Shown: piece after piece, positions 38,287 through 47,087 of the stretch
Layout: every line of letters starts with the position of its first letter
Position numbering within the stretch: the stretch's first letter is position 1
The notes under the pieces: model-generated
Told to the model about the DNA's origin: nothing
What the model saw: the letters and a program-made list of their open reading frames with translations, nothing else
Database searches by the model: none
Position numbers and translations under genes: made by a program
From: Staphylococcus phage LY01
Sequence record: OR836606.1
Length of the DNA stretch: 64,000 bases
Strand: one strand, 5' to 3'

Positions 38287-39456
38287 TCATTTAGCCTGCC
38301 CAACAAAACGCTTACCATACAGTTTTAAATTGACAGCAGCGTTATAATCTCTATCCATTTTATGTCCACAATCACAGGAATACCATCTATCTGATAGTTT
38401 CAACTTATCTTCTTTAGTTAGAATTTGGCCACAATTAGAACATAATTGAGTTGATGGAAACCATCTGTCAGCTACAATAATAGTATTACCATTGCTTTCA
38501 GCTTTTTGTTCAAGTAAAGTCCTAAACTGTCTCCAATTGGACTGTGCGATTGATTTGGATAGTTTTCTATTTTTAATCATATTTGAAACCTGTAAATCTT
38601 CAATAGTTATATATTGATAATTGTTAATCAAGTTAGTAGTAATCTTATGAAGATAATCTTTTTTAATATTATTAATTCTATACCATACTTTTTGTATTTT
38701 GGTTTTCAATACATTGTATTTATTAGAACCATAAACTTTTTTAGATAATCTTTTTTGGTAGTATTTGATTTTATTATAGAGTGAGATTAGTTTATTATTT
38801 AATGAATGGTATTTTTTAAATTTACCGAAATCATCATTAATAATAGCTAAATCTTTTACACCTAAATCAATACCTACATGACTATTGTTATGAATTAATT
38901 TTTTACTGTTATCAACTTTCATTACTATCGAAGCGAAATACCTACCAGCATATTTGGATATAGTTACTTCTTGTATAGAATTATAATCTTTGTTTAAAGG
39001 TTCTTTCATTTTAATTAATGAATTTACACCACGCAATTTAAGTTTATTATTTTTCTCACCTTTAATTTGAATAGCGTAAGGATCTTTCCTATAGAACCTT
39101 GCTCTTAATTTAGATTTCTTTTTAGATTTAAATTTAGGATATTTACCATATCCTTTCCACATCATATTAAATGCTTTACCTAGATCTTCTGTAGAAGTTT
39201 CAATTATCATGATAATTTGATCTTTCTCCCAATCTTCTTTACATTTTTTAAGTTCATCACGAACTCTACGATGAGTTGGTTTTGGTAAAGATTTATCAAT
39301 TTGATAATTATTCCACATATATTTCCATTTATTAAGTGCCTTGTTATAAATATAACGACTATATCCAAAAGCTTGATTAAATATCTCTCGTTGTTCTTTA
39401 TTAGGTTTCAATTCGATTTTTATAGATTTGTACATGTGATTTTCACCTCGATTCAT
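38287..39456 (-). CDS. tnpB: TnpB (IS605 OrfB family RNA-guided endonuclease)
   Basis: N-terminal ELKPNKEQREIFNQAFGYSRYIYNKAL. RuvC-I HVGIDLGVKDLA, RuvC-II ITIEDLQV, zinc finger CSNCG...CDCGH, RuvC-III DRDYNAAVNL. Confidence 0.9.
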   Translation of the reverse strand: MNRGENHMYKSIKIELKPNKEQREIFNQAFGYSRYIYNKALNKWKYMWNNYQIDKSLPKPTHRRVRDELKKCKEDWEKDQIIMIIETSTEDLGKAFNMMWKGYGKYPKFKSKKKSKLRARFYRKDPYAIQIKGEKNNKLKLRGVNSLIKMKEPLNKDYNSIQEVTISKYAGRYFASIVMKVDNSKKLIHNNSHVGIDLGVKDLAIINDDFGKFKKYHSLNNKLISLYNKIKYYQKRLSKKVYGSNKYNVLKTKIQKVWYRINNIKKDYLHKITTNLINNYQYITIEDLQVSNMIKNRKLSKSIAQSNWRQFRTLLEQKAESNGNTIIVADRWFPSTQLCSNCGQILTKEDKLKLSDRWYSCDCGHKMDRDYNAAVNLKLYGKRFVGQAK

Positions 39457-40037
39457 ATTTCTAAATGATTTAGAATTTATAATTCATTGTTTAATATATC
39501 GAGGTAAAAATTATTTTAATTAAATTAAACTCACGAATTCCAGAAATCCCTTTCAGGTTCTGTTAAATAGCAAGACTATATCATGATCCATTAAATCAAT
39601 GGACCCCTCGCACTTCGAAAAACTTCTGATGAAGTTAATCTACTCTACTCACTTCACATAGTATTTCAACTATGCTTATTCAGGTTAATCAAACCTGTGC
39701 TTTCGATAGTCGTTGAACGTTTATCCATCATGTGGACACTTCGCTGCTAGACTTCCCATTGTTTACAAACTTTAGCGATCTAGGGTTTTCACCTAGACTT
39801 GTTTTCAGCATAGTTCATCTTAGAGATTTTTTCTGTCTTTCGACTGCATGTCACGCTATCCATTACTGGCATACGTTGTAGCTCTCTAAGCTTTAGGGTT
39901 TTACAAGCAATTCACGAGGTATTTTTACCACTAATTTCATGAATTAAAATTAGTTTAATTTACTTATATAGTAGCAGAGCGTGAAACATGAATTAATAAG
40001 AATTTAAGTCTTAATTCACTTAAAATATCTTAAATTA
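39457..40037 (-). ncRNA. Group I intron ribozyme portion of the IStron
   Basis: On the minus strand: P GAATTGCTTGTAAAACC, Q AAAACAAGTCT, R GTTCAACGACTATC, S CATGATATAGTCTTG. Confidence 0.65.
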
Positions 40038-40877
40038 AAACTGTTTCGTTACTCTAGATTTTTTAGTTGTATCAATACCATATCTTCTTACTTGTTTGGT
40101 AACTTTATTAGTGCTATTTCTAGGAATTTCATTAAATACTTGCTTATTAACTTCAACTTGTTTTTCTGCTACTCTATTCTTTAATGAGTAGAAAATATTG
40201 TCTCCAATACCATCAGTTTGAATCATATCTTCTATCATTACAGTACCTGCATAGTTACGTTCAGGTATTAATACTGCATTAGGTATATAAAGCGTAATAA
40301 GTTCTTTAATTAATTTTCTAAAAGTAGGTCCATTAATTACATTATTTTGGAAAATCATTACAGGCTCTAATGTACCTGGATCAACTACAGTAAATGCAGT
40401 ATTATCTCGACCAAGACCACCAGATATATCAATACCAACAAGCCAGTTCTTTTCATGCATATTATCCATCTTTTTAACCATATAAACATAATAAGTTTTA
40501 CCATTTATTTTAAAATCAATAGTATTATATATCTCTTTATTTGCATATAATGATAATTCTGACATTTGTTGTTCATCAAATAAAGAATCATCGTTACTAA
40601 ACGCCCATTCAAGAAGTATCTCACGTTTAACTGCTTCTAAAGAACCAATTTGACGTTTTTGCTTTTCTAACCAAGCATCATCTTTACCTAATTCTTTATA
40701 TGAATATTCTATATAGATGAATGAATTGCCTGAATTACTTTCCATATACTCTTCTAATTTTTCATTACCCTCTTCTTCAGAATTAATGTAATAATCATAT
40801 ATTTTTTCTGTCCATTGTGCTGCATCATTCATTTGCTCAAAGAAGAACTGTCCTTGAGGTACATCCAAAGTACTCAT
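40038..40877 (-). CDS. terL: Terminase large subunit, exon 4 (nuclease domain). The 5' end (3' splice site of intron A) lies near 40877-40890
   Basis: LVGIDISGGLGRDNTAFTVVD RNase-H-like nuclease motif. PQGQFFFEQMNDAAQW resembles TerL PNGxNhFYdiW. Ends ...VTKQF followed by TAA, the first codon of the IStron. Confidence 0.7.
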
Positions 40878-41035
40878 ATTTTTTATCCTATATTAATTTA
40901 ATATAGATAAGACTATATCTTAGTATATTATAATACCATTTATTATTTAGTCGTTAAACAAGTATTATCAACTTGATGCTGATTGTCTTAATAAAGATTT
41001 TCCAGCAATTAAATAAATAAGCCCAGTTTAATTTT
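40878..41035 (-). ncRNA. Miniature group I intron A in terL (~150-158 nt)
   Basis: Minus strand: IGS GGGC pairs with exon GCCU. P AATTGCTGGAAAA, Q ATCAGCATC, R GTTTAACGACTAAA, S AAGATATAGTCTTA; P3, P5, P6 and P9 hairpins identifiable. Confidence 0.7.
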
Positions 41036-41107
41036 AGGCGTTGTTGTAATTAGAAGACCATAAGGTGTGCCATTTTTCTTAGCTATTGCAGATGCTGTAG
41101 AAACTGC
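41036..41107 (-). CDS. terL: Terminase large subunit micro-exon 3 (72 nt; AVSTASAIAKKNGTPYGLLITTTP)
   Basis: In phase between introns B and A; contains the TerL motif III ITTTP. Confidence 0.65.
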
Positions 41108-41267
41108 CTTTTAATATTAATCTACATGGATTCCATATAGAATAGACTATATCTTAGTATTATATTAATACTATTTATTATTTAGTCGTTGAACACTATA
41201 AATAGCGATGCTGATCGTCTTAATAAAGATTTTCCAGCAATTAAATAAATAAGCCCGCATTAATTTC
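41108..41267 (-). ncRNA. Miniature group I intron B in terL (160 nt); ~90% identical to intron A
   Basis: P, Q, R and S elements present. 5' splice site after AGGCCU with IGS GGGC; 3' end ...TTAATATTAAAAG. Confidence 0.7.
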
Positions 41268-41330
41268 AGGCCTCATTGCTTCAAACATTGTTTGGTTGTG
41301 TGGAATGAATGCCCACTCATCCAACCAGAC
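41268..41330 (-). CDS. terL: Terminase large subunit micro-exon 2 (63 nt; VWLDEWAFIPHNQTMFEAMRP = Walker B)
   Basis: hhhhDE-aafIP Walker B signature of TerL ATPases; in phase 0. Confidence 0.65.
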
Positions 41331-41634
41331 CATAGGTCATTATGTTAACTATATTTAAAAAATATAGATCAGACTATATCATACTCATATAAATAAGTGA
41401 ATATATTTAGTCGTTGAACACTATAATTAGTGATGCTGATTAAGATAATAATCTATTCCAGCAATTAATATTCTTTTACTACTGCAACTATCTACAGTAG
41501 AACCACGCTATTTTAGACTATATCTTCAATTTTATAATTGTCTTTTATTTAGTCGTTGAACACATATGTGATGCTGATCAAATTAAATAATTTGTCCCAG
41601 CAATTAAAAAGATTTATAGCAAGCCATGATATTA
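41331..41634 (-). ncRNA. Composite intron in terL: two tandem group I cores (D at ~41480-41634, C at ~41331-41500) with no exon between them
   Basis: D: the intron starts TAA after the exon ...AGCAGGT, IGS GGCTTGCT, P/Q/R/S, P9 ctactg..cagtag. C: P AATTGCTGGAATAG follows immediately, then Q/R/S/P9. The 3' splice site was chosen to restore the VWLDE frame. Confidence 0.55.
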
Positions 41635-42276
41635 ACCTGCTTTATTTGCACTCTCACTGTTAGTCGGAGGTGAAACTGTTTTAATAGTATTGTTATTACT
41701 AGCTAATTGAAATTCGTTGATCTTATCTCTATCATTTTTATCTCCAAAATTAGCTAATACATATTCAGGTAAACATTTCTCTTTAAATAAGTTTTTAAGA
41801 CGTTTTAAGTTCTCAGTTGTATCTGAATAAGATTTGTGTGTAAATAACATTGTATAGTTACTACCTACTAATAACATTATCCATGAATAATAACATACTG
41901 CTGAATATGTTTTATAGTGCTGACGTGGAAGCATTATAGCTGTATCTAAATTGTGTAACATACAAAATGTCATCGCCATATTACCTCTATGAAGTTCATA
42001 CATAACCTTACCGCCAGGAACAGGAACTCTTATAACTTCCCTTAAATAAAACCATATATTAATTTTAGCTTCCCTTAATACACGGGTTTTCATTTCATCA
42101 GAAAGTTCAGGATCCCAAGGATCTACTCCTACAAGATTTTTATCATATAGAGTTAATGGAATCCCATAATTTCTGACGTTGTTCTTCTTAAGATCCCTAG
42201 CCACTCTTAAAAAACTAACATTATTAGTTTTATAATCGTAATAAACTTTTTTCTTTAATTTTGGTTTAATTGTCAT
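41635..42276 (-). CDS. terL: Terminase large subunit, exon 1 (ATPase N-terminal region, Walker A-like PRQHYKT)
   Basis: MLPRQHYKTYSAVCYYSWIMLL P-loop-like; the ORF terminates at the intron's first codon, TAA. Confidence 0.7.
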
Positions 42277-42295
42277 ATTTATTTCAACTCACTTT

Positions 42296-43459
42296 CTATA
42301 CATTTAATCTATCTGATTTTTTAATTAATGTTTGAATATCAGAAAGTTGTTGTTTTAATTCATTTTTAACTTCTTTATCATTATTAGGGTTACTTATTTC
42401 AAATTTTAATGTTTTAATAATAGCTTCAATTGAATCCGTTGGATAGTCTCTATAGTCTCTAATAAACAATCTACTTGGATATAATAATTTCCTAACAATT
42501 TTACCTAATAAAGTTTTACCTTTTTTATTTTCAGATTTAGTTCTAAATGATTTGTATATGATATCATAAAAATTTATAATTTCAGTAGAATAACCGTATA
42601 ACGTAGGTAACTGATTAGCCGATCTTTCTGAAAGGTTGTAGTTCATTTTACCCACTCTTTCATTATCTAAAAGATTTAAAGTTACATTAGCTATAAAAGA
42701 ACTGCCTAACACCAGTGGTAATACTCCTGTCAATGAAGTTAATCCAGCAACTAAAACTGTCATAGCTATAATCATAGGACCTGCGAATTTTAAATTTCTA
42801 GTTGTATCAGATTCAATGTCCTTAGTATACTGAAATTGAACTGGCTTGTTATCTTTATATTTTAATTCAAAAGCGGGTTCTTTTCCTTGGCTTAATACTT
42901 TAATTTCGATAGGTAAAAATAGATTATGTCCCATTTCATGCAATAATAATGCAGTACACATTCTTTCATTAAAATTACTAAAAGTCACTTCTTTAGAAGA
43001 TTTTTTCTTTTCTAAAAAGTATCTTATTGAAGATAACTCAATAAATACCTCAATTTCCCTAGGTTTAGCGTAATGTATACCATTTTTCTCTTCCATAACT
43101 ATTTTTGTTATGCCATCAATAGTATCTCTTATTTGTTCTGGCTTAATTAAAGTATAAGCCACTGATCTTACTCTAAATTTATCTTTACCTTTAGGATCAG
43201 CTTCAACAAATTTTAATTGCATATTAGCATTAAATAATTTTTTAGTAATTTTAGAAATATTATTAGCTATTTTATTTATTTCATGTTTATCAATTAAATC
43301 AAATTCAGATTTATCGAAATTATAGCTATCTAATAAAGTTTTAAATTCTTCATCTATTTCTCTAAGTAATGAAGTATTTTTACTGAAATTAAAAGCATCT
43401 TCATTAATATTCATTATTTTATTAATTTTATTCAATTGGCATTCTTTTCGTAAATCCAT
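42296..43459 (-). CDS. Putative membrane-associated HExxH zinc metallopeptidase (387 aa), paralog 1
   Basis: LLHEMGHNLFLP motif; hydrophobic TM segments; paralogous to the adjacent gene. Confidence 0.55.
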   Translation of the reverse strand: MDLRKECQLNKINKIMNINEDAFNFSKNTSLLREIDEEFKTLLDSYNFDKSEFDLIDKHEINKIANNISKITKKLFNANMQLKFVEADPKGKDKFRVRSVAYTLIKPEQIRDTIDGITKIVMEEKNGIHYAKPREIEVFIELSSIRYFLEKKKSSKEVTFSNFNERMCTALLLHEMGHNLFLPIEIKVLSQGKEPAFELKYKDNKPVQFQYTKDIESDTTRNLKFAGPMIIAMTVLVAGLTSLTGVLPLVLGSSFIANVTLNLLDNERVGKMNYNLSERSANQLPTLYGYSTEIINFYDIIYKSFRTKSENKKGKTLLGKIVRKLLYPSRLFIRDYRDYPTDSIEAIIKTLKFEISNPNNDKEVKNELKQQLSDIQTLIKKSDRLNV

Positions 43460-43486
43460 AATTAAATAATAATCTCCCTTCTTTAT

Positions 43487-44593
43487 TTATATATCAGGTG
43501 TTAACCTATCAGACATTTTTATTAATTTCTGAATGTCACTAATAGTTTTCTTTATTTCTTCTTTAGTTTTAGCATCATTATTACTATTAGATAATTCTTT
43601 TTGTAATATTTTCACATTACTCTCTATTATATCTGTTTCCCAATCTTTATAATCTCTTATAAAAAGGTTGAAAGGATATAATAATTTATTTTTAATTTTA
43701 TTAATTTTACTGTTGTTATATATTGGTGGTTTACTACCTTCTAATTTATCTATCTCTCTAACTATTATTGTAGTTTTAGTTAATTCTCTAGCATAACCAT
43801 ATAAATTAGGAAGATAATCTGCAGTTCTTTCAGTTAAATTATAATCTTTATTATTTTTATTTTTCTTTATATTTCTGTTTAAAAAAACAGTTGTAACCAT
43901 TCCACTTCCGATACCTATAGGTGCATTAACAATACTTAAAAAGATAAAGAATAAAGTCATAGCAGATATCATAGGTATAGCAAATTTTTTATTTCTTTTT
44001 TCATCTTCTTCAATATCTTTTGAGTAAGAAAACATTTGAGGTGGATTATCTTTATATTTCAATTCAAATTTAGGAGTTTTTCCTTTATTAAGTACATTTA
44101 ATTCTAAAGGTAAAATTAAATTATGTCCTATTTCATGAAGTAAGACTGAAGTTAATAAACTTCCATCAAATAGATTGTCTATTATTTTATTTTTACCTTT
44201 TAATAAAATACAGTATCTTATAAAGTTTAACTCCATATCAACTATTATTTTAGTCGGTTTAGCATAATATATCCCATTTTTTTCTTCAGAGACTATTTTT
44301 AATAATCCCAATGCTATATCTTTTGCTTGTTTTTCATTCCATCTTGTTTGACCTATGAAATTACATGAATAATATTTAGAATCATTCAATTCTAAGAAAT
44401 TAAATCTCAAATCAGTGTTAAATAATTCATTACATATTTTCTCTATTTCTTTTTCTTTATTTTTAAAATTAAAGTCAATAAATTCTTCTTTATTAAGATC
44501 ATATGAATTTATTAATTCATTAAATACATTATCAATTAATTTTAGCTTATTCTTATTTTTACTATTAATAAACATATCTTCGTTAAGAAGCAA
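43487..44593 (-). CDS. Putative membrane-associated HExxH zinc metallopeptidase (368 aa), paralog 2
   Basis: VLLHEIGHNLILP motif; shares an extended block ...GKxPxFELKYKDNxP... with paralog 1. Confidence 0.55.
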   Translation of the reverse strand: MLLNEDMFINSKNKNKLKLIDNVFNELINSYDLNKEEFIDFNFKNKEKEIEKICNELFNTDLRFNFLELNDSKYYSCNFIGQTRWNEKQAKDIALGLLKIVSEEKNGIYYAKPTKIIVDMELNFIRYCILLKGKNKIIDNLFDGSLLTSVLLHEIGHNLILPLELNVLNKGKTPKFELKYKDNPPQMFSYSKDIEEDEKRNKKFAIPMISAMTLFFIFLSIVNAPIGIGSGMVTTVFLNRNIKKNKNNKDYNLTERTADYLPNLYGYARELTKTTIIVREIDKLEGSKPPIYNNSKINKIKNKLLYPFNLFIRDYKDWETDIIESNVKILQKELSNSNNDAKTKEEIKKTISDIQKLIKMSDRLTPDI

Positions 44594-44628
44594 GTTCTCT
44601 CACACCTTTTTCTTTTTATAAAATAAAC

Positions 44629-44656
44629 CCATACATTCACTAAGGAATGTATGGGT
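44629..44656 (-). terminator. Hairpin terminator downstream of the putative capsid gene
   Basis: Stem cccatacattc/gaatgtatggg followed by T-rich sequence on the minus strand. Confidence 0.5.
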
Positions 44657-44686
44657 AATATAAATAACAAAAATAAAGTATTACTC

Positions 44687-46291
44687 TTATCGAGCGTATA
44701 CTGAACCGTTGTTGTTTTTGATTGTAATACGTCCAATGATCGGAACGAATGATTCAACTGTATATCTACGAGTCATCATCATGTTAGGAACATTAGGGTT
44801 ACGAGTATTTAAGTAACCTCCACCATTTACAACATTGAATGTGTAAGGGTAGAACATAAATGTTTTATAGTTATCTTGTTGAGGGACAGCAATAATAGTC
44901 AATTCACCTTGACGAACTAAGTCAGAACCGATAATACGGTAGTTAGCAGTACCTGAAGCAGCACCTAATGAATAGTTAATTTTGATTCCGTTAGAATACG
45001 CATCAGCGTTACGGTCTCCACCATTGAAAGTCCAAGAAACGTTAGGAATTAAACGAACGTCTAATGGGTTACCAACGATAACGAATTGAACATCATATAA
45101 TTTATAATCATTTTTCATTGATTGAGTAGTGTGGTCGATTACTTCACGTAAACCTTCTAACCAATCTTTAGGATGTGCGCTGTAATCACTATGTGGGAAT
45201 ACATCGAAGCTGAAATGATATTTAGCATCAGTTTCTTTATATTCACGATCTAAGAATTCAATAATGTCTAAGTCAACTTTTTGACTAGATAATTGAGACA
45301 TAGTTTCTGATAAACGAGCAACGCCATCGATATCATAAGTAGCTTTCATATCTTGAATTACTTCAAGAGGTACTGTAGCTTCGATGTGTTGAGCTGTATC
45401 AATAACAACATCTTTACGAGTTAATCCAAGTTCAACGTTTGTAGCTGAAGTATGTTGTTCTGAAGCTACATAACCTTTGACTTTAACATCAGTTAATTTA
45501 CCTGAAGCAGAAGTCAAAGTAAGTTCACCTGAAGAAACATCCACTTTACCTAAGATAGTGTCAGTTTCAACTTCACCATCACCATTTGTAGGATATTTAA
45601 TTTGTCCTACTAATGTGTCATTGTCTTGTAATTTAACTACGTTAGAACCTAATTCAACGAATCCAGCTTCAGAAGTACGTTCATCATATGAATCGCTCCA
45701 TTTAGCTTCAACGATTTTGAATTTACGATCTAAACGGTCAATACCTTTACGAACTTCTTTACCTTCTTTTAATCCAGTAAATAAATCGTAGTCAGTAATT
45801 TTTCCACCGTCAACTTGGATATCTTCTTTAATTTGAACTAATCCAACTAGAGTTTCAGGAGTGTTGTTAATTGATTCTGGTAAAGCATGTCGGTTACCAT
45901 CTGCATCTACAACATATGGAGTTAAGATTGGAACTGTAAAGTTTGGTTTATTAGCAACTTGAGTTGGTAGAGCTTCAGTTAAAGCTAAACGAGCCCATAG
46001 TTTAACTAAAATAGGCATAGAAAGTGAAGCGTAAGGTTGGATAGGACCCATTGAAGATTCCATTAAGATTTCTTCACGAGTATTGTCTAACATTCCAGCT
46101 AAAGCTTCTCCTTCAGCAGCGTCAAAACCTTCTAATAATTGATCTTTATAACTTTCAAATACTGCATCATCAGTAGCAATAGCAGCGAAATCTCCGCCGA
46201 TAGTACTAAGATTATATGATTCATTAATAGAATTTTCAATATCTTCTAAACGAATCGAAAATTCATCTTTAATTCTGTTTGGGTTTAACAT
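44687..46291 (-). CDS. Putative major capsid protein (534 aa)
   Basis: Less compositionally biased than its neighbours (highly expressed-like); sits in the head-morphogenesis block; has its own terminator. Confidence 0.45.
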   Translation of the reverse strand: MLNPNRIKDEFSIRLEDIENSINESYNLSTIGGDFAAIATDDAVFESYKDQLLEGFDAAEGEALAGMLDNTREEILMESSMGPIQPYASLSMPILVKLWARLALTEALPTQVANKPNFTVPILTPYVVDADGNRHALPESINNTPETLVGLVQIKEDIQVDGGKITDYDLFTGLKEGKEVRKGIDRLDRKFKIVEAKWSDSYDERTSEAGFVELGSNVVKLQDNDTLVGQIKYPTNGDGEVETDTILGKVDVSSGELTLTSASGKLTDVKVKGYVASEQHTSATNVELGLTRKDVVIDTAQHIEATVPLEVIQDMKATYDIDGVARLSETMSQLSSQKVDLDIIEFLDREYKETDAKYHFSFDVFPHSDYSAHPKDWLEGLREVIDHTTQSMKNDYKLYDVQFVIVGNPLDVRLIPNVSWTFNGGDRNADAYSNGIKINYSLGAASGTANYRIIGSDLVRQGELTIIAVPQQDNYKTFMFYPYTFNVVNGGGYLNTRNPNVPNMMMTRRYTVESFVPIIGRITIKNNNGSVYAR

Positions 46292-46478
46292 AAATTTTTT
46301 CTGCTCCTTTTCTTAAATATATTAGCGTGTAGTTTATATTTATTAATTTTATTATATAAATTTGTTTATAAAAAATAATCATTATTTGTAATGAAATATT
46401 TCTTTTTATATGTTAATGTTATTAATGTTATTAATTTTATAAATATTAACAAAAAAGAATAAAATCTGAAATATAAAA

Positions 46479-47087
46479 CTATTTGCTTTTTTTGTCTTTA
46501 TTCAATTTATTATATTCTTTTAAATAAATATTGAAGATTTCATTATAAGTATTTTCAAACTTCTTATAAAGTTTTTTACATTTATCAGCATCAATATTAT
46601 TTATAAATTTATTGTTAAATAAATTAATACTGTCAATTAAACTGTCTAAGTTATTTGAAGTTTGTATTGTAATTTCATTCATTTTTTCTTTTTCATTTTT
46701 ATCAAATAATTTCATATTTTTTTCATTTATAATATCTTTAAATTTTAATGAAACAGATATCAAATCATTTAGTTTATTAAATATTTGTAATTTTAGATAT
46801 TTATCAGAATTAGTTTCTTTAGGTTCATTATTTTCTTCTTCAGATTGATCATCTTCATTATTGTTATCTTGACTATCTTCTTCGGTTTCTGTATTTTCTT
46901 CTGAAGATTCTTCATTATCACTATTGGCATCTTCAGAACTTGTATCATCTGTATTAGTATCTGGAGAATCATTATTAGTTTCATCATCTTCAGCTTCATT
47001 AAGAATATTATTACCATTTAATAATTTTTTAATTGATTCAGATAAAAGATCTCTATTATTAATAGTCATATGATGACCCACTATCAT
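46479..47087 (-). CDS. Acidic low-complexity protein (D/E/S/N-rich; possibly scaffold or internal protein)
   Basis: ORF upstream of the capsid gene. Confidence 0.45.
   Translation of the reverse strand: MIVGHHMTINNRDLLSESIKKLLNGNNILNEAEDDETNNDSPDTNTDDTSSEDANSDNEESSEENTETEEDSQDNNNEDDQSEEENNEPKETNSDKYLKLQIFNKLNDLISVSLKFKDIINEKNMKLFDKNEKEKMNEITIQTSNNLDSLIDSINLFNNKFINNIDADKCKKLYKKFENTYNEIFNIYLKEYNKLNKDKKSK

Larger units (their letters stand above)
38099..40037 (-). mobile_element. IStron: group I ribozyme (5' part) fused to an IS605-family element encoding TnpB, inserted in terL
   Basis: After the exon end ...CAGTTT the intron begins TAA. Group I core elements lie at ~39575-39930. IS left-end hairpin acctcga...tcgaggt at ~39466-39530. 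tnpB at 38287-39456; right end / omega-RNA at 38100-38286. Locally higher GC. Confidence 0.7.

Noticed and set aside
39457-40037. tnpA (Y1 transposase) partner of tnpB
   Set aside because: No ~130-150-aa HUH/Y1 ORF is present on either side of tnpB. The element is a TnpB-only (IS1341-like) unit embedded in an intron.
40878-41634. Four tandem copies of a small IS/MITE or REP-like element between two unrelated genes
   Set aside because: The inter-copy segments translate in phase to canonical TerL Walker B and motif III peptides, and each copy has group I P/Q/R/S with an exon-pairing IGS. They are introns, not intergenic repeats.
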